Origin: Octopus vulgaris | Lineage: Eukaryota | Reading direction: 5' to 3' | DNA: 64,000 nucleotides | Assembly (NCBI GenBank): GCA_951406725.2 | Contig: OX597830.1 | Span: forward strand, 18,848,001-18,912,000 | Part shown: piece after piece, positions 1 to 16,107 of the stretch | Position numbering within the stretch: the stretch's first letter is position 1 | Layout: each line of letters begins with the position of its first letter | Notes under the pieces: model-generated | The model's input: only the letters and a program-made list of their open reading frames with translations | What the model was told of the DNA's origin: nothing | Databases searched by the model: none | Program-made: the position numbers and the translations under genes

Positions 1-214
1 TATATGTATGTGTGTGTGTTTGTGTGTCTGTGTTTGTTCCCCTAGCATTGCCTGACAACCGATGCTGGTGTGTTTACGTCCCCGTCACTTAGCGGTTCGG
101 CAAAAAAAAAGAGACCGATAGAATAAGTACTGGGCTTACAAAAGGAATCGAGTTGCTCGACTAAAGGCGGTGCTCCAGCATGGCCGCAGTCAAATGACTG
201 AAATAAGTAAAAGT
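1..214 (+). mobile_element. SINE family A, 3' half
   Basis: Matches the 3' half of full copies (gacaaccgatgctggtgtgtttacgtcccc...gctccagcatggccgcagtcaaatgactgaaa). Confidence 0.85.
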
Positions 215-977
215 ATCTGGGATGCTTTATAGGAAGGAATACAAAACATTCTCCAGAGTTTGGCTGGTGTTTTATTTCATCGATCTCTGTAGGATGGAGG
301 GCTAAGTTGATCCCAGCGTGGTTCGAACCCGGAATGTAAAGAAGCGTGACTAAATTACATAGAAACATTTTGTCATGGCCCTCTAACTATTCTGTCAATC
401 CATCGCTTATTGAATATTTTGGGGGCGTTTTTTAAACACAAACATAGGTATTACTGTACAACGTAGGTCCCACCAATTTATTTTCATTATTGAATAGTTT
501 CGTTCTTGAAGTACTAAATTATTAAAGAATAAAGAAACGAACAAAATAAAAATTATTTCTAACGAAAGATATAGCCCACGCTTAAAAAAGTACTCGACTA
601 AAAACTCCTCCAAAGCGAACGAAAAACCTCTTGTACATGGTGGCTCGTTATCAATGATTCTAAATAAAAGCGATGTTTACGGAAGTTTTCTCAAGGTGGT
701 GTCCCGTAAAACGGCCTTCATATGATCTAAGAAAACCCGGCACATTATTGGATTGTGTTGGATGACTTGTGACTGGGCTTTGAGAAGCAACATGTCGAAA
801 GTTTCTTCCATAAGAAATATAAGAAAAGTCCGGCATTCTTTCGTTTTGACTCACAGAAATAAGGAGCGCCAAAGTCCTAATGTTTCTAGCATCAAAAATG
901 GTTATATGCAGTTTAATGGACCAGTGCTTCTCAACCGGGGTTCATATGACCGTTGGTGGTGGTGAGGGTCCATATAT

Positions 978-1209
978 GTATTTCTTTACTACCCACAAGG
1001 GGCTTAACACAGAGGGGACGAACAATGACAGACAAACGGATTAAGTCGATTACATCGACCCCAGTGCGTAACTGGTACTTAATTTATCGACCCCGAAAGA
1101 ATGAAAGACTATGTCAACCTCGGCGGAATTTGAACTCGGAACGTAACGACAGACGAAATACGGCTACGCATTTCGCCCGGCGTGCTAACGTTTCTGCCAG
1201 CTCGTCGCC
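978..1209 (-). mobile_element. SINE family B (tRNA head + Meta-like central domain) nested in a hAT MITE
   Basis: Reverse complement of ggcgagctggcagaaacgttagc...gagttcaaattcc...; flanked by the direct repeat TGAGGGTCCATATATG (TSD). Host MITE ends CAGTGCTTCTCAACC (922) and GGTCGAGTCACTG (1532). Confidence 0.85.
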
Positions 1210-2204
1210 TAATGAGGGTCCATATATGATTTTGTTCAAGTTTACGTGCAAGAAATCGCTTATATTTCTGCAATATGCAAAATGTTTTAACTTTTTTTCA
1301 CACGGTGCAGGCATGGCTGCGTGGTAAGCAGGTTCCTTCCCGACCATAAGGTTGCGGGTTCAGTCCCACGACATGGCACTTGGGGCAAGTGTTTTCTAAA
1401 TTCCTGATAATATTTAATTATAAAAACAACAGAATTTTTAAAACACCGAATGACAATGGAGGTCCAGTAGAGCAAAATAGGAACCAAGGCGATCCATTTG
1501 TAAAAAACGAAAAAGAAATGGTCGAGTCACTGAACTAGGCCATTAAACCGTTAAGATATTTTAATCACGGAAGATCGATCTATATAAAATTCTAAATCAG
1601 ATAAAATATTCTGGAAATATATCGAGGTTAAATTGTAAAGAAATGCTTCTAGTTTCTTATGATAATCAATTTTGGGAGATTTTAGATAACAGTCTTTACT
1701 TCGTCTTACAATCGTAAAAATGGTTTTCAAATTGCAGCGTAAATGGGGTGGGGATCCCCCACCTGGCTATGCTTTTGTGGAGCCGGCACTTCTGGTCTAC
1801 TGTTTACGGCGGGTGCTCCCAAACTTTTCAGACCATCGACCCCTTCATGGAATCCTTGACTCCCTCATCGACCTCAAGGCATGTACAAGAAAATCCTGGT
1901 TTAGGGGTTATACCAGGGAAGGGAGAAAACTCATGGCTGCCCCGGATAGCACACTTTACGTCACTGGTTTCAAACTATTTAATTTTAGGGGTTTTTGAAA
2001 ATCTAACCTGGTAATTCTTAGTTTAGATGTATAAATAGCGCTGGATTAACCATTGAGCAAAATAAATACGTGCTTAAAGCATAGAGGGAAGGGGCCATCA
2101 TAGAAATGGTAAATGGTTTATGGGCACAAAAAAAAAATCACTTTAAATTTGTTAAGATAATTTCGAAGAGTGTCAGTAAGGATCTGATCAGACTTTGCAA
2201 TTAC

Positions 2205-2575
2205 TCATTTACTTGTTTCAGTCATTTGACTGCGGCCATGCTGGAGCACCACATTTAGTAGAGCAAATCTACCCCTGGACTTATTCTTTGTAAGCCCAGT
2301 ATTTATTCTATCGGTCTCTTTTGCAGAACCGCTAGGTTTCGGAGGCGTAAACACACCAGCATCGGTTGTCAAGCGATGATGGGCAGGGGAACAAACACAG
2401 ATACACAAACATATACACACACATACATATATATACGACAACTTCTTTCAGTTTCCGCCTACCAAATCCACTCACAAGGCTTTGGTCGGCCCGAGGCTAT
2501 GGTAGAAGACACTTGCCCAAGGTGCCACGCAGTGGGACTGAACCCGGAACCATGTGGTTGGTAAGCAAGCTACTA
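2205..2575 (-). mobile_element. SINE family A
   Basis: Near-full-length reverse copy of the ~400-bp family with internal (TA/CA) microsatellite. Confidence 0.9.
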
Positions 2576-2941
2576 AATTAAAAATACAGCCAATTAAAAA
2601 AGTAGGCGAAAACTTTTCAAATATAAATAAATAAAAAAATAAACATTTTCCATCTTACTGATAGTTTTATTTCATTTTGAAAACCCAAACTTTATTTTAT
2701 ATATATGGGGCCTCAAGATCTTTTAAGTGCTCAGGGCCTCTATGGATCTTAACCCGGACCTGTGTAATTTCGGGAATGAATTATCAAAAATTAGAACATG
2801 TGACAGAAATTTGGTCTTATCCGAGGTGTGCGGGAGCTCTGACCAAGCAGATCTATAATCATAGGCACTCAAACCATGACTTCTACGTTCTAGATATTGA
2901 CCTATATATTTTCTCTTTTTAAGACAGAGTATGGTTTGAGG

Positions 2942-3142
2942 CATTGGTTTTCAACCAGGGTTCCGCCAGTACAGTCCAGGGGTTCCGCAAGAAGTTACAA
3001 AACTGTTAAAATCGGCAGTAATTTTTGATTCTCCTGTGCAGATATGTGTGCATAAGACTATTAAATTATTGCACAGGGGTTCCTCGAGCTAGTGAAATGT
3101 TTCCTTGGGGTTCCGCTCCAGCAAAAAGTTTGAAAAGCACTG
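2942..3142. mobile_element. hAT-superfamily MITE
   Basis: TIRs CATTGGTTTTCAA / TTGAAAAGCACTG with a perfect 8-bp TSD GTTTGAGG (2934-2941, 3143-3150). Confidence 0.85.
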
Positions 3143-3299
3143 GTTTGAGGGATACATATGTGCTATTTCTAGGGGTCGAGCGACAACGAAGAGACCTATT
3201 CTCGTTAACGTTTGATGTATTGTAAGAAATATTTTAAAATGACCAGTTTAGTTTTCTCTCAGATTTTTATAAGGAGAGATCAAAGATATTTCACAAGGC

Positions 3300-3540
3300 T
3301 ACTTGGATTAAATCCTATTTTCATACCCACTTAATCCTGGGAGGGTAGTAGAGGCAGAGTCGTCAAGCACAACTTTCACAGGGTCCTTTCAGAAGCAATT
3401 GTTTCCAATTGAACTGGCTCGGTCCTTAAGCGAGACCAAACAAGCTTATGGATGTTATCCAACCATCTTGCTCGTGGTCTACCCCTGTAAAACCTATCCA
3501 GCGATTCTTTCTCGAGACCTTCTTACCACATGACCAGAGA
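3300..3540 (-). mobile_element. RTE-clade LINE 3' end fragment (Expander/Rex3-like)
   Basis: Minus translation GRPRARWLDNIHKLVWSRLRTEPVQLETIASERTL*KLCL..LP, resembling the GRPRxRW C-terminus of RTE ORFs; contains stops. Confidence 0.65.
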
Positions 3541-3665
3541 AGTAGGATCATTAACGGTTTGAGCTTGGTGTATAACATAGTAACCTAGATAATATTTCAC
3601 ATGAAAACTTCTTTAGTTAATCCCATGTCAAAGTACTTAGAAATAATTTTTGTTTTTAACATATA

Positions 3666-3991
3666 GGCGTAGGAGTGGCTCTGTGGTAAGTAGCTTCCTT
3701 ACGAACCGCATGGTTCCGGGTTCAGTCCCACTGCGTGGCACCTTGGGCAAGTGTCTTCTGCCGTATTCTCGGGCCGACCAAAGCCTTGTGAGATTTGGTA
3801 GACGGAGACTGAAAAAAAGCCCGTCGTATGTATGTTTGTGTATATGTCTGTGTTTGTGCTCCCAACATCGCTTCACAGCCGATGCTGGTGTGTTTACGTC
3901 CCCGTAACTTAGCGGTTCGGCAAAATAGGCCGATAGAATAAGTACTAGGCTTACAAAGAATAAGTCCTGCGGTCGATTTGCTCGACTAAAG
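3666..3991 (+). mobile_element. SINE family A (tRNA-derived head, CORE-like ACCTTGGGCAAGT)
   Basis: A-box-like TGGCTCTGTGG, B-box-like GGTTCAGTCCC, followed by the family body. Confidence 0.9.
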
Positions 3992-4676
3992 TCAGATGAT
4001 AATTTTCATTTTAACATCGATAACCCTTATTTTCACAGAGAATCGAGGAATAAACTGTCAAGTATTATAATTTCACAGCCTCTCTTTTCATCATCATCAT
4101 CATCGTCGTCGTTTTAACGTCTACTTTATCATGCTTGCATAGCTCAGACGTAATTCGCTGAGGCAGATTTTCTACAGCTGGATGCTCTTTCTGTTACTAA
4201 CCCTCACTTATTTACAAGCAAGATTATACTCCCGTGATCAGACATGATTTCTCAAGGAAGTTTAGGAACGAATAACGCTTGTAGGACGGTAATGCTCGAT
4301 TACAACTCTCACGTGATGTCAAGACAAATTCACACATATATGTACACATACACACACACACACATATATATATATATATGTATATATATAGAGAGAGAGA
4401 GGCTTCTCTCAGTTTCCGTCTACTAAATTCAGTCAAATGGATTTGTGACTGAAAATGAAACCACATGGTTAGCCACGCCCACTGCTTTTTATATTTAAAA
4501 ACTGTAAATGGGAAACTATTTAAAAAAGCCTTAGGTAAAATGTTCGTTAACCGATCACCTGGCCTTTGTTAGCCACGTTAATTTTTATTAAATCATTTTT
4601 GGTGGATCCGAAATAAAGTGACTAGAATAAAAAACCCACGATTTTGGCTAAGAATATATGTCCCATTTCATTTATC

Positions 4677-4712
<36 letters not shown>

Positions 4713-5350
4713 CTATTTTAAGTTGTTTCAAATTAATTAAAAAATACCTGGTCCGTGTCTGTACACAATGACAACACAATTTATAAAATGCTAATACATG
4801 TGTATGGAAACAAATTACGTTTTATTCGATACTTTAGATAAAGCAATAGCATAAAAAGAAAAATAATAATAATAATAAAATGAAACATTAAGTCATTGAC
4901 TGAAGTTTTCCCGTGACCTTTCTCCTGGATTCCATCGAAGCAACTGTTGCACTAGAAAACTAAACCGGCTTCTCACTGCTGATACATAAATGCATGCCAG
5001 GCTGCTCAAACACATAATGTACTTTTTTATTTATTTATGTGCACACACACATATATATAAACACATGCATATATACATGTTTGCGTATATATATATATAT
5101 ATATGCACACACACGTTACACACGCATGCTCATTTATTTTATTTTATTTTATCTAGTTTCAGCTCACGAGCTGTGGCCATGCTGGGGCACCGACATTGCT
5201 GGGGCGATATATATATATATATATATATATAGCACACGTGTATATTTTTCTTTTCACGCCGCTACAACTATCCTTATTGTTCAAATAAATGATTTTATTA
5301 GCATAAAGCAATAACCTTTTCATAAATTATGCACATACACACACTCACAT

Positions 5351-5382
<32 letters not shown>

Positions 5383-5467
5383 CTTACTCGAACACATTTA
5401 TGCGTGTGTAGTAACAATTATACACTCCTGCCTTTTGGATGGTTCGAGAATACATAGTCTTCAGACA

Positions 5468-5492
5468 CAACACACACACACACACACACTCA

Positions 5493-5526
<34 letters not shown>

Positions 5527-5669
5527 AACACACACGCACACACAGACACAAACACACACGCGCACACACAAACACACACGCACACACACACACACACACA
5601 CACACGCGCGCGCACACACACACATGCATCACACACACACGCGCGCGCACACACACGCATGCATCACAC
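5468..5669. repeat. (CA)n microsatellite
   Basis: Imperfect CA repeat upstream of the Hsc70 promoter. Confidence 0.95.
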
Positions 5670-5973
5670 GAGGGATGGTAGGAGAAAAGTGAAATGAGGT
5701 ATTCATGTGCTGTGCTGTTTTTTTTTGTTTTTTTTTTTTAATAATAATTTAACGAGCGAAATAAAGACACATGTGACTGTCATTTTTTACCAAACAATAT
5801 TATTCACTAAGCTGATGAAATAATAAAAAAATATTGGCTTTGCATGTCGAGCAATATAATGTGTTTATTGTTTAAAAGGAGAAAAAAGGATGGAAAAAAA
5901 AAATATAAATTTTTTTTGTTTTTTAAATTTGAAAAAAAAAAAGAAAAAAAAAAAAGAAGAAAAATAATCTTCG

Positions 5974-6064
5974 CTTCCAGAACGTTCTGTTGCGTGTTGA
6001 TTGGTTATTGCGAGTGACGTCATTGATTCAGTTTAAGCCAAACCTCAACGAGAAGTAGTCAGTC
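5974..6064 (+). promoter_or_regulatory. Hsc70 core promoter: perfect 3-unit heat shock element, inverted CCAAT, CRE, TATA-like box, initiator
   Basis: cTTCcaGAAcgTTCt 5974-5988; ATTGG 6000-6004; TGACGTCA 6015-6022; TTTAAG 6032-6037; TCAGTC initiator 6059-6064 about 28 nt after the TATA-like box; poly(dA) tract upstream. Confidence 0.85.
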
Positions 6065-6134
6065 TTTTCAGACATTGCTTCACTTGCAATTGGTCTACTG
6101 TCGCCGAAGCTCCGTGCTTGAGAAGGCAATTGAG
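6061..6134 (+). other. HSPA8: Probable non-coding first exon (5' UTR) of Hsc70; intron 1 = 6135-8597
   Basis: Follows the initiator and ends at GAG|GTATTT. The ATG at 8599 is preceded directly by a strong acceptor (polypyrimidine + TTCCAG|A ATG), so an upstream UTR exon is required. Confidence 0.65.
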
Positions 6135-6533
6135 GTATTTCCGAACCTGTTATTTATTCTATTTACATTCTCTAACGGTTCTTTGGATCGTTCGCTACAT
6201 TTCCGTGCAAGCAATTGCATCGGTTCCTGCTTTATTCCCCTCGATCTTTCCTTGCCAACATCCCAAATATTCTTATATGCTTGTGTTACCGTTTTATGAT
6301 GATTCTCGAACCATCTTTTTTTTCTCCTCTTTTCCCGTCTCCCTCCTCTTTTATATCGTTTGATCTCGATCCTTCGCTTAACCTATCATGCACATAATCG
6401 TTTATATTTAATGCTAATGTACCTGTCTAACAACACTGAACAAAGAAAAACACAAAAGAGAGTCCACAAGCAGCAAATAATAAACTTAAAGCCAAGCCTC
6501 TCTCATGTTATTTAACCATCCACCGTTCTGCTG

Positions 6534-6560
6534 GTTCTAGAACCATCTTGTATCGATTGG
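6534..6560 (+). promoter_or_regulatory. Intronic HSE-like element plus inverted CCAAT in Hsc70 intron 1
   Basis: gTTCtaGAAccATCt (3 units, one mismatch) followed by ATTGG at 6556-6560. Confidence 0.45.
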
Positions 6561-7118
6561 CGTCGTTCCTCGCTCCTTACATTGTTGTCTTTTACAAATA
6601 TTTATCGTCTCCGACTAAAAAACGTTGAGAGGAGACAGCAATGAGTGCCACAGCATATGTTTACATCCTTTATTCCGCCAGTTTTCTGCTAATATATTCC
6701 ACATGAAGCGGTTCTTCACCATTATTTGTCGAAGAGAAACCATCCATAAACCATTATTATGGTTTCTCTCCTATTTTCTCCCGTCTCAGTGAGAAATACA
6801 ACTATTAAACTATTATCACAACAAACCCCCTAAACTATATTTCAATGATAAACACACCACATAATTATATATATATGTGCAAACTACACAAATGTGTCGT
6901 CTCTTCTCAAAGATTTCTTCTCGTATTCGCCATTAATAAGTTTTGCTTCGAAGTCTTTTATATAGAAAAGTGTAGAATTTTTGTGTTTACGTTTGTTTGT
7001 GTGTTTCCTTGTCGGAATAATTTCCTTTCCATATAAAATATTCGTTGCAAATTTAATTTAGCATGTCGCTGTTGATGTAATGTTTATAGTTTGTGAAGAA
7101 TTTTATTTGAAATGAAAG

Positions 7119-7143
7119 CTTTTGGAAGCGCTTGGAATGTTCT
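7119..7143 (+). promoter_or_regulatory. Second, gapped intronic HSE-like array
   Basis: cTTTt gGAAg cgctt gGAAt gTTCt: GAA units in 10-bp register plus an adjacent TTC. Confidence 0.35.
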
Positions 7144-8598
7144 TCGGTTTCGCCTCATGCTGTGTGTGTGTCTATGAGTGTGTGTGTGGTGTGTGTGTGT
7201 GTGTGTGTGTCAGTGTGTGTGTGTGTGTCTGTGAGTGTGTGTGTGTGTCTGTGAGTGTGTGTGTGTCTATGAGTGTGTGTGTGTCTGTGAGTGTGTGTGT
7301 GTGTGTGTGATATAACTCTGCTACTGCTGCCAAGTCTGGCTAGAAAGGAAATCTAATCAGGTGTATGTGTGTATATATATATAAATACATATGTATATAT
7401 GATAGTGTGTTTTGTAGCTGTTTGTAAAATGCTTAATGGTGAAAGAATGAAACGTTATCTTTGCGGTGTCGAACTTAAACTGTCAAAGAAAAACCATCTG
7501 GAATTTTTTTGTTTTTGTTTTTTTTTTTCTTCCTATTTTCTTTTTTCGAAGTGAATCCGGAACTTACCAAAACATGGAGCGACGACATACCATCATATTT
7601 GCTACATGCATGGTTCTTTCTTCCCTTCTTGCATTCGTCCTTTGACCGGGGACAGTGCTAGCAAAAAATGAGGGGATGAGGTCAGTTGGTACCATTAATT
7701 CCCCCAGTACTTGGCAGGTACTTTCTTTACTGAATCGACCACCCCCAAAGAATGAGAGGTAATATTTACCTCCTCAGCAGGATTTGAACTCGGAATGTAA
7801 AGAGCCAGAACATAAAACCGCAAGGAATTTTTTCCGACGCTCTAACGATTCTGCTATCACTTCGCCTTATTTAATTATTTAACCGACATCTGAAAAGACT
7901 TTTTCTCAATTTTTCAACAGTTTGAAAGCATCTTCAACATGGAATTTCATAAATGTAAGATGTTTAAGGGAGAGAAAGCATTGACAGTGTAGATACGATT
8001 TCGTCGATCGTTTATGAAAGCAGAAAAGTAAACTGATATAGCCTTTACATATTTTATGATCTCTAGTGTATGTATGTTGTGGTTGAAGTAGGTTTTGAAG
8101 ATTGTTACAGTTTGGTTATGAAGGAATTTTGAATAGATCTATCTTGAAGCATGCTTAATGTAGTTTAGCATTCTTGTATATCTGTGGATCGTTTTTTTTA
8201 TTACTATAAATGTCACAGTCCTTAATGTCAGTATTGAAAGTCGTTCTGTTTAAGTAGGACAAAGTTGATTTAGATATTGAAACAAACGCCTTGTTCTGTT
8301 TTCGTTAACGTTTTTTTGTTTTTAATATTTTTTTAATATCCGCCTTCTGTCTCTCTCTCTCTCTCTCTCTCTCTGTTTTCCGTTAAGTTTCATTGAACAT
8401 AAAGTTTATTTCTCAAGTTATGTGGGGGAAAATTCAGATCTTGTGATTTTTCCCGAAGTCCTCTCCCAAACAGCCCTGTGCACTTTTGTTTTCATATTCG
8501 TTTCCTACACATTTTTTTTTTACACCCGTTGAGGTAATATTGTAAACATTAACCTAAGTAATTATGTGAATTTTTTTTCTTTTTTATCTCTTTCCAGA

Positions 8599-11292
<2,694 letters not shown>

Positions 11293-12089
11293 AACCTTTT
11301 TCATTCTATATTCTGGGCACATCACATTGCTTCCCTCTTATATTTATTTTAACATTTTTATATAAGTTTTTCAATGAAAAGTAAGCTCTCTCAGCATTGA
11401 GAGTTCATTTGTCTAAGCTTTAAATTAGGTGCACATTTCACTTGCATCTTCACACTAGCAATATAAAGTTTATTTCTCTGATATATGTAAAACAAATTAT
11501 AGCTTTGTTTATTGTTTATAGAATTCTTTAGGACTAGTAAACATAATCCTACTAATTATATTTAGCTTTATAGGGCTCTATTTTATGCCAAAATCACATT
11601 TCCCCCCCCTTTCTACAAAGAAATTGCTTAAAAATTTAAAATTTAATAGTTGTCAAACTCCAATTGTTAATGCTGAAAAAAAAAAAATTCTCTGATTCAA
11701 ATAAAATATAAAATTTAATCATTGTTTCAGCTCGGTTTTTTTGTCCTTTTATTTTTTTTTTTGCTATCAATATATGTATCACTAAGGGCCAGCAACACTT
11801 GTGTAGACTGAGAATTCTTACGAGAAACAAAAGCGATTCTATTTAGTGATTGTCCTCAAAGCAAGAATGATTTTATTCTGCTAAAAGTACCAGTAAAATT
11901 TCTCTTGAATCAAAACACCTGCAAAGTACATTTTGTGTATCTGGGACTAGACTTGCATTTGGCAAGTTGTCAGATTACAAACTATTGCATGGTCCTATTT
12001 TGCAGAAGACTGAAATGATAAAAAGTTGTACGAAAATATAAGACAACAATATACTTTGACACATTTATTTAAACTTCAGACAAAACAGC

Positions 12090-12954
12090 TTAATTCACTG
12101 AAAGTTTCTTTAACAAACCTTGTACATCATACATGGTATTGTTTAAGAACATATCCATACTTTGTACAAAGTCAAGACTTGTGAATTGGTTCCATATTTC
12201 TTCATCCACATAAGGGTTTTCAATTTGGTTTGTGCAAGCTAGCACACTGAGGTTATAGTCAACTTTTTTCTCTAATGCATCAATGTTGTTCCAGATATCT
12301 TTCTTTGGGTCAAGGCCTGGTTTCTGAAATAGTTTTAGAATTTGTTAATAGGCACTGTATAATAAGGAACATAACTAGAAATACAGGCAGGTGAGTTAAC
12401 TAGTACCCACAATTAACTTTGGGATTTAATATACAAAAGCAGTAATTTAATTTAATGATTTGAGATATCGATTCCATTTATACAAGATGTCTTCGTGTAT
12501 TGTGTTGACAAAAACACAGAAGTTTGAACATGTGATATACTGATTATATGTACCAGCAGTGTTTACCTTCCTGTGTGGCTTTCTATAATTTCTGCAAAGG
12601 TACAAGGTAAGAAACTTTTTGTTTTTTGTAGACTTAGTTTTGCTTATCCTAAGATATCCATTTTACATTTGGTTTTTCCTCTTTATAATCCCTGTCTTAC
12701 AACCATGACCCTAAAATCCTGTTTGGACTTTGGACTAAATAGTGAAAAGGATATCTTACATATTGCTTTTTCTTCTTCATTCTTTTCTTTTGAATTATTT
12801 GTGCCAAAGTTAAACCTTCTGGCTCCTTTGTAGTTGTCTCTTTATGAGCCTGTGGATTATACAACTTGTTGTATTTCTCCAATTCATTTTTGGTATGGTC
12901 CTGAAGCTTCTTGTTTAATTTTTCCTTTGGTATTCTCTGGCCTTTCTTAGCCAT
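12090..12954 (-). CDS. Uncharacterised spliced protein-coding gene convergent with Hsc70; exons 12955-12701, 12591-12567, 12323-12090 (170 aa if ATG 12954 is the start; upstream exons possible)
   Basis: Acceptors TTTCAG|AATGG, CTTTGCAG|AAAT and TTTCAG|AAAC; donors TT|GTAAGA and AAG|GTAAAC; phases compatible (254+25+234=513 nt). Translation MAKKGQRIPKEKLNKK...RILGSWL-NYRKPHRK-KPGLDPKKDIWNNIDALEKKVDYNL...GLLKKLSVN*. AATAAA at 12069-12064, about 20 nt after the stop. Confidence 0.65.
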
Positions 12955-15884
12955 TCTGAAATAGTAAATAGTTAAAAAGAAATTTTGATAGCTGTCTAGC
13001 CACAGATGTAGTAAGAAGTTTACTTCCCAACCACACATGATACCAAGTTCAGTCCCACTGCATGGTGCCTTTGGGCAAGTGTCGTTTATAGCCTTAGGAG
13101 TGGATTTGGTGTGTGTATGTTGCTTGGAAACCGGTGTTGGTGTGTTTATGTTCCTGTAACGGTGGTTTGGCAAAAGTGACTAAAGTACAAGGCTCAAAAA
13201 AAAAAACTACTGGGGTTGATTAGTTGGACCAATGATTCAAAGAGGTATCCCAGTATGATCAGTCTGACTAAAACTAGTAAGACAGATGGGTGGGTATTTC
13301 CTAGCCATAGCATCTGATTCTTTGTTTACATTTTGGTTTAGATTAAAAAAATTAAAAAAAATTTTTTTCTGGTTGAGAGGATATGGCAAAGCATTGACCA
13401 AAGAGTAGGAGTTGAAATTTCGTTGCTGGATCAGAATTCAATAGTAGTGACAGTCGTAAATCAGTTTCATAATGGTTTTAGTGGTGGGTATTTTTTTTTT
13501 TTTCGGTGTTAGTGTTTATTTGTTTTAAATGGGATTCTCCATAATAGCACTCGGAATTGAGGTATTTTACAACCAGACACCTTTCCTGCCCACTAATCCT
13601 TAGATATTTTCATCTAGTGGGTTATTTACTTAACTTGTTTGAAAGCAGATCTTACAGAATGATTTTGTTAACATGTTTTGTTATGGTTTTGTTGGTCAGC
13701 CTAAGAATACAGTAACAGACATTTTCCCTGGGTTCTATGCAGTGAGAACATGAAGCCATGTGGCTACGGATGTGTGTGTGTGGTAAATATTAATTTTTCC
13801 TAACTTGTTTCAGTCACTACACTGTGGCCATGCTGTGGTACTGCCTTAATTTTTTTTTAGTTAGTTGAATCACCTCCCCACCTTTTTTTTAAAATCCTAT
13901 TATCCTATCAGTTTCATTTGCTGTACTAAGTTACAGGGATATAAACAAACCAACATCACGTGTGTGGTGGTGGGGGGCACACTTTCAGTTTCCTTCTGCC
14001 AAATCCACTCTCAAGGCTTTGTGGTCAGCCCGAGGCTACAATAGAAGATGCTTGCCTATGGTATTACACGGGACTGAAACTGGAGCCATGTGGTTGGGAA
14101 GCAAGCTTCTTACCACACAACCACTAGTTTTTTTTTCTTACTCATTCACTTTCTAAGATGTTATTGAAAGAGATAAGGATTTTAGATAAAGACAGATAAG
14201 AAGGGCAATGAAGCTATGTAATCTAGTGATTATCTAATCTTCCTGGGGAGGGGGTGTATTAGTATCACCTATTGTAGGTTTCATTTGATTTCTTGATTCA
14301 TATAGACTGTCCTCTTAACCCAATTTGCTACAAGTCAGTTTTATTAAATGTAGGTCACTATTGAGTAAATATCTTTATAAATCTTTTAATTTGTGAAGAG
14401 CTTTCTTTGACTCTACCAACAATTGACAGCAGAGCAGCATATTGTGTAACTAATAAGTATTAGTCTTTGCTAATTTTATAGCTAAAACTCATTAAAGACT
14501 GGTATTCGTATACAAAGCAATATTTGGCAGGTTGACACTTGTTGGCTCTTGAGATGTGTTGAAATTCTATTCCATCAAAGCTGATACAGCCAGACTCCCA
14601 TGAATACTTCAGATATTGTCACTAGTTCTTGAATATCTTAGCCCACTCTACTGTACACAGATTTTACATCTTAGTACAGATAGTCTTTTGTATTTTTGTG
14701 AGCAAGATACTATCCTGTTTGTTTTTCCACCTGAAAAGATATCTTATGCAGCTAGATGGAATTTTTAGTTGTGTAGCAAAATTGGGATTTCAGATTCTGT
14801 GTTCATTGTGGATTATTCTTCATTTAACTCTTTTGATACCAGTTTGCCTGAAACCACCCTGAGTTACAATGCAAATATTTTGTTTTAAAATGATCTGAAA
14901 AATTTCATTAATTTCTGAGCACCAGCTTAATGACTAAATTTATTTAATTCACACCTCCGTGATTACGCATCGTGGTGCTCTAAACCGCCCACTCTTAGCC
15001 GGCTGCCAACACTTTTTTTCTGCAAAATAGGGGTAGCTTATCCTGTTCAGGCTATATTATTAGCATTATCCTGCTTTTGAGAATTTAATGTCACTTCTTT
15101 AACTTTCTAAGGCATCTCAACGCTTCTAAAGCAAACTTTGTTTACATTCATTGTCATTTTTTAATTTAATTTATTAAATTCATTTTTGAAAGTGAATTGA
15201 AACGGGCATAGTATTTCAAGAGAAATATGGTAACAAAAGGGTTAATATAACAAACATCTTACCCAGTTAGCAATTTGTTGCATAAGTTGATATAGTAACT
15301 TCAATGGCTATACTATCAAAGTGACCAATCACAATGTATGAAGCAAGGATCAAGTTGTTAAAATATGTGCATGAAATACATTTAAACTTAGTAAATTTGG
15401 GGTTCTCACGTTGAGTAATTTGACATGTCATGAGTGGAAAGTTAATTTATTTTTTAATACTATAGTCAAGGTAGTTATGAAACTAATTTGTAAATATAAA
15501 ATTTTGTAAATGCAAGTATCTCTCATATTTCAGAAGTGTTGCATTTTGTTAAAATCTTTTCAGAATATGAAATTCTGTAACATGAAATGTTTTTCTGTGT
15601 AATATAGAACAATGGAGAATTGGAAATCAATTTTCAAGAATGCACTTCTTTGATGTTGGATGCCTGTATTCTTATATTTGGGGTCAAAATTTCAGGTCTA
15701 CTGGTGTACAGATAGTACATTTTAGGTACTGAAATTCAGGGTGCAATCTATCATTGTGTTAGTGACAATCTCAGATGAAAAAAATAGAAAAGTAGCATTA
15801 GTGGCAACCCACACAATAGCAAGAACTCGAAGTAATTAAAAGTAAACCCCGTTTTTAATTACGGTAAATTATATTGATTAATGT

Positions 15885-16107
15885 ATGAGGGGTGCTGAAA
15901 AGTTCTTGGCTTTGGGTAAAAGAAAATCCAGGAAGATCAGTTAATTGTGATTTTAACATATTCCCCTCTCAGATTCACACACCTATTGCAGCAGTCTTTC
16001 AGTTTTTCTAAGTTATGTAAAAGAACTTGTAAAGTTGGGCCTCCAACCAGACATTTTGTGATGCTCTTAAAACCAGGAATTTTTCAGCAACCCACCACCC
16101 CTTGTAT
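15885..16107. mobile_element. Mariner-derived MITE
   Basis: Imperfect TIRs TA-TGAGGGGTGCTGAAAAGTTCTTGG / CCAGGAATTTTTCAGC..ACCCCTTG-TA. Confidence 0.6.

Noticed and set aside
14670-14730. Candidate upstream exon of the minus-strand gene (TTTTCAG|GTGG...AT|GTAAAA)
   Set aside because: Phase-compatible, but the donor is weak and there is no independent support.
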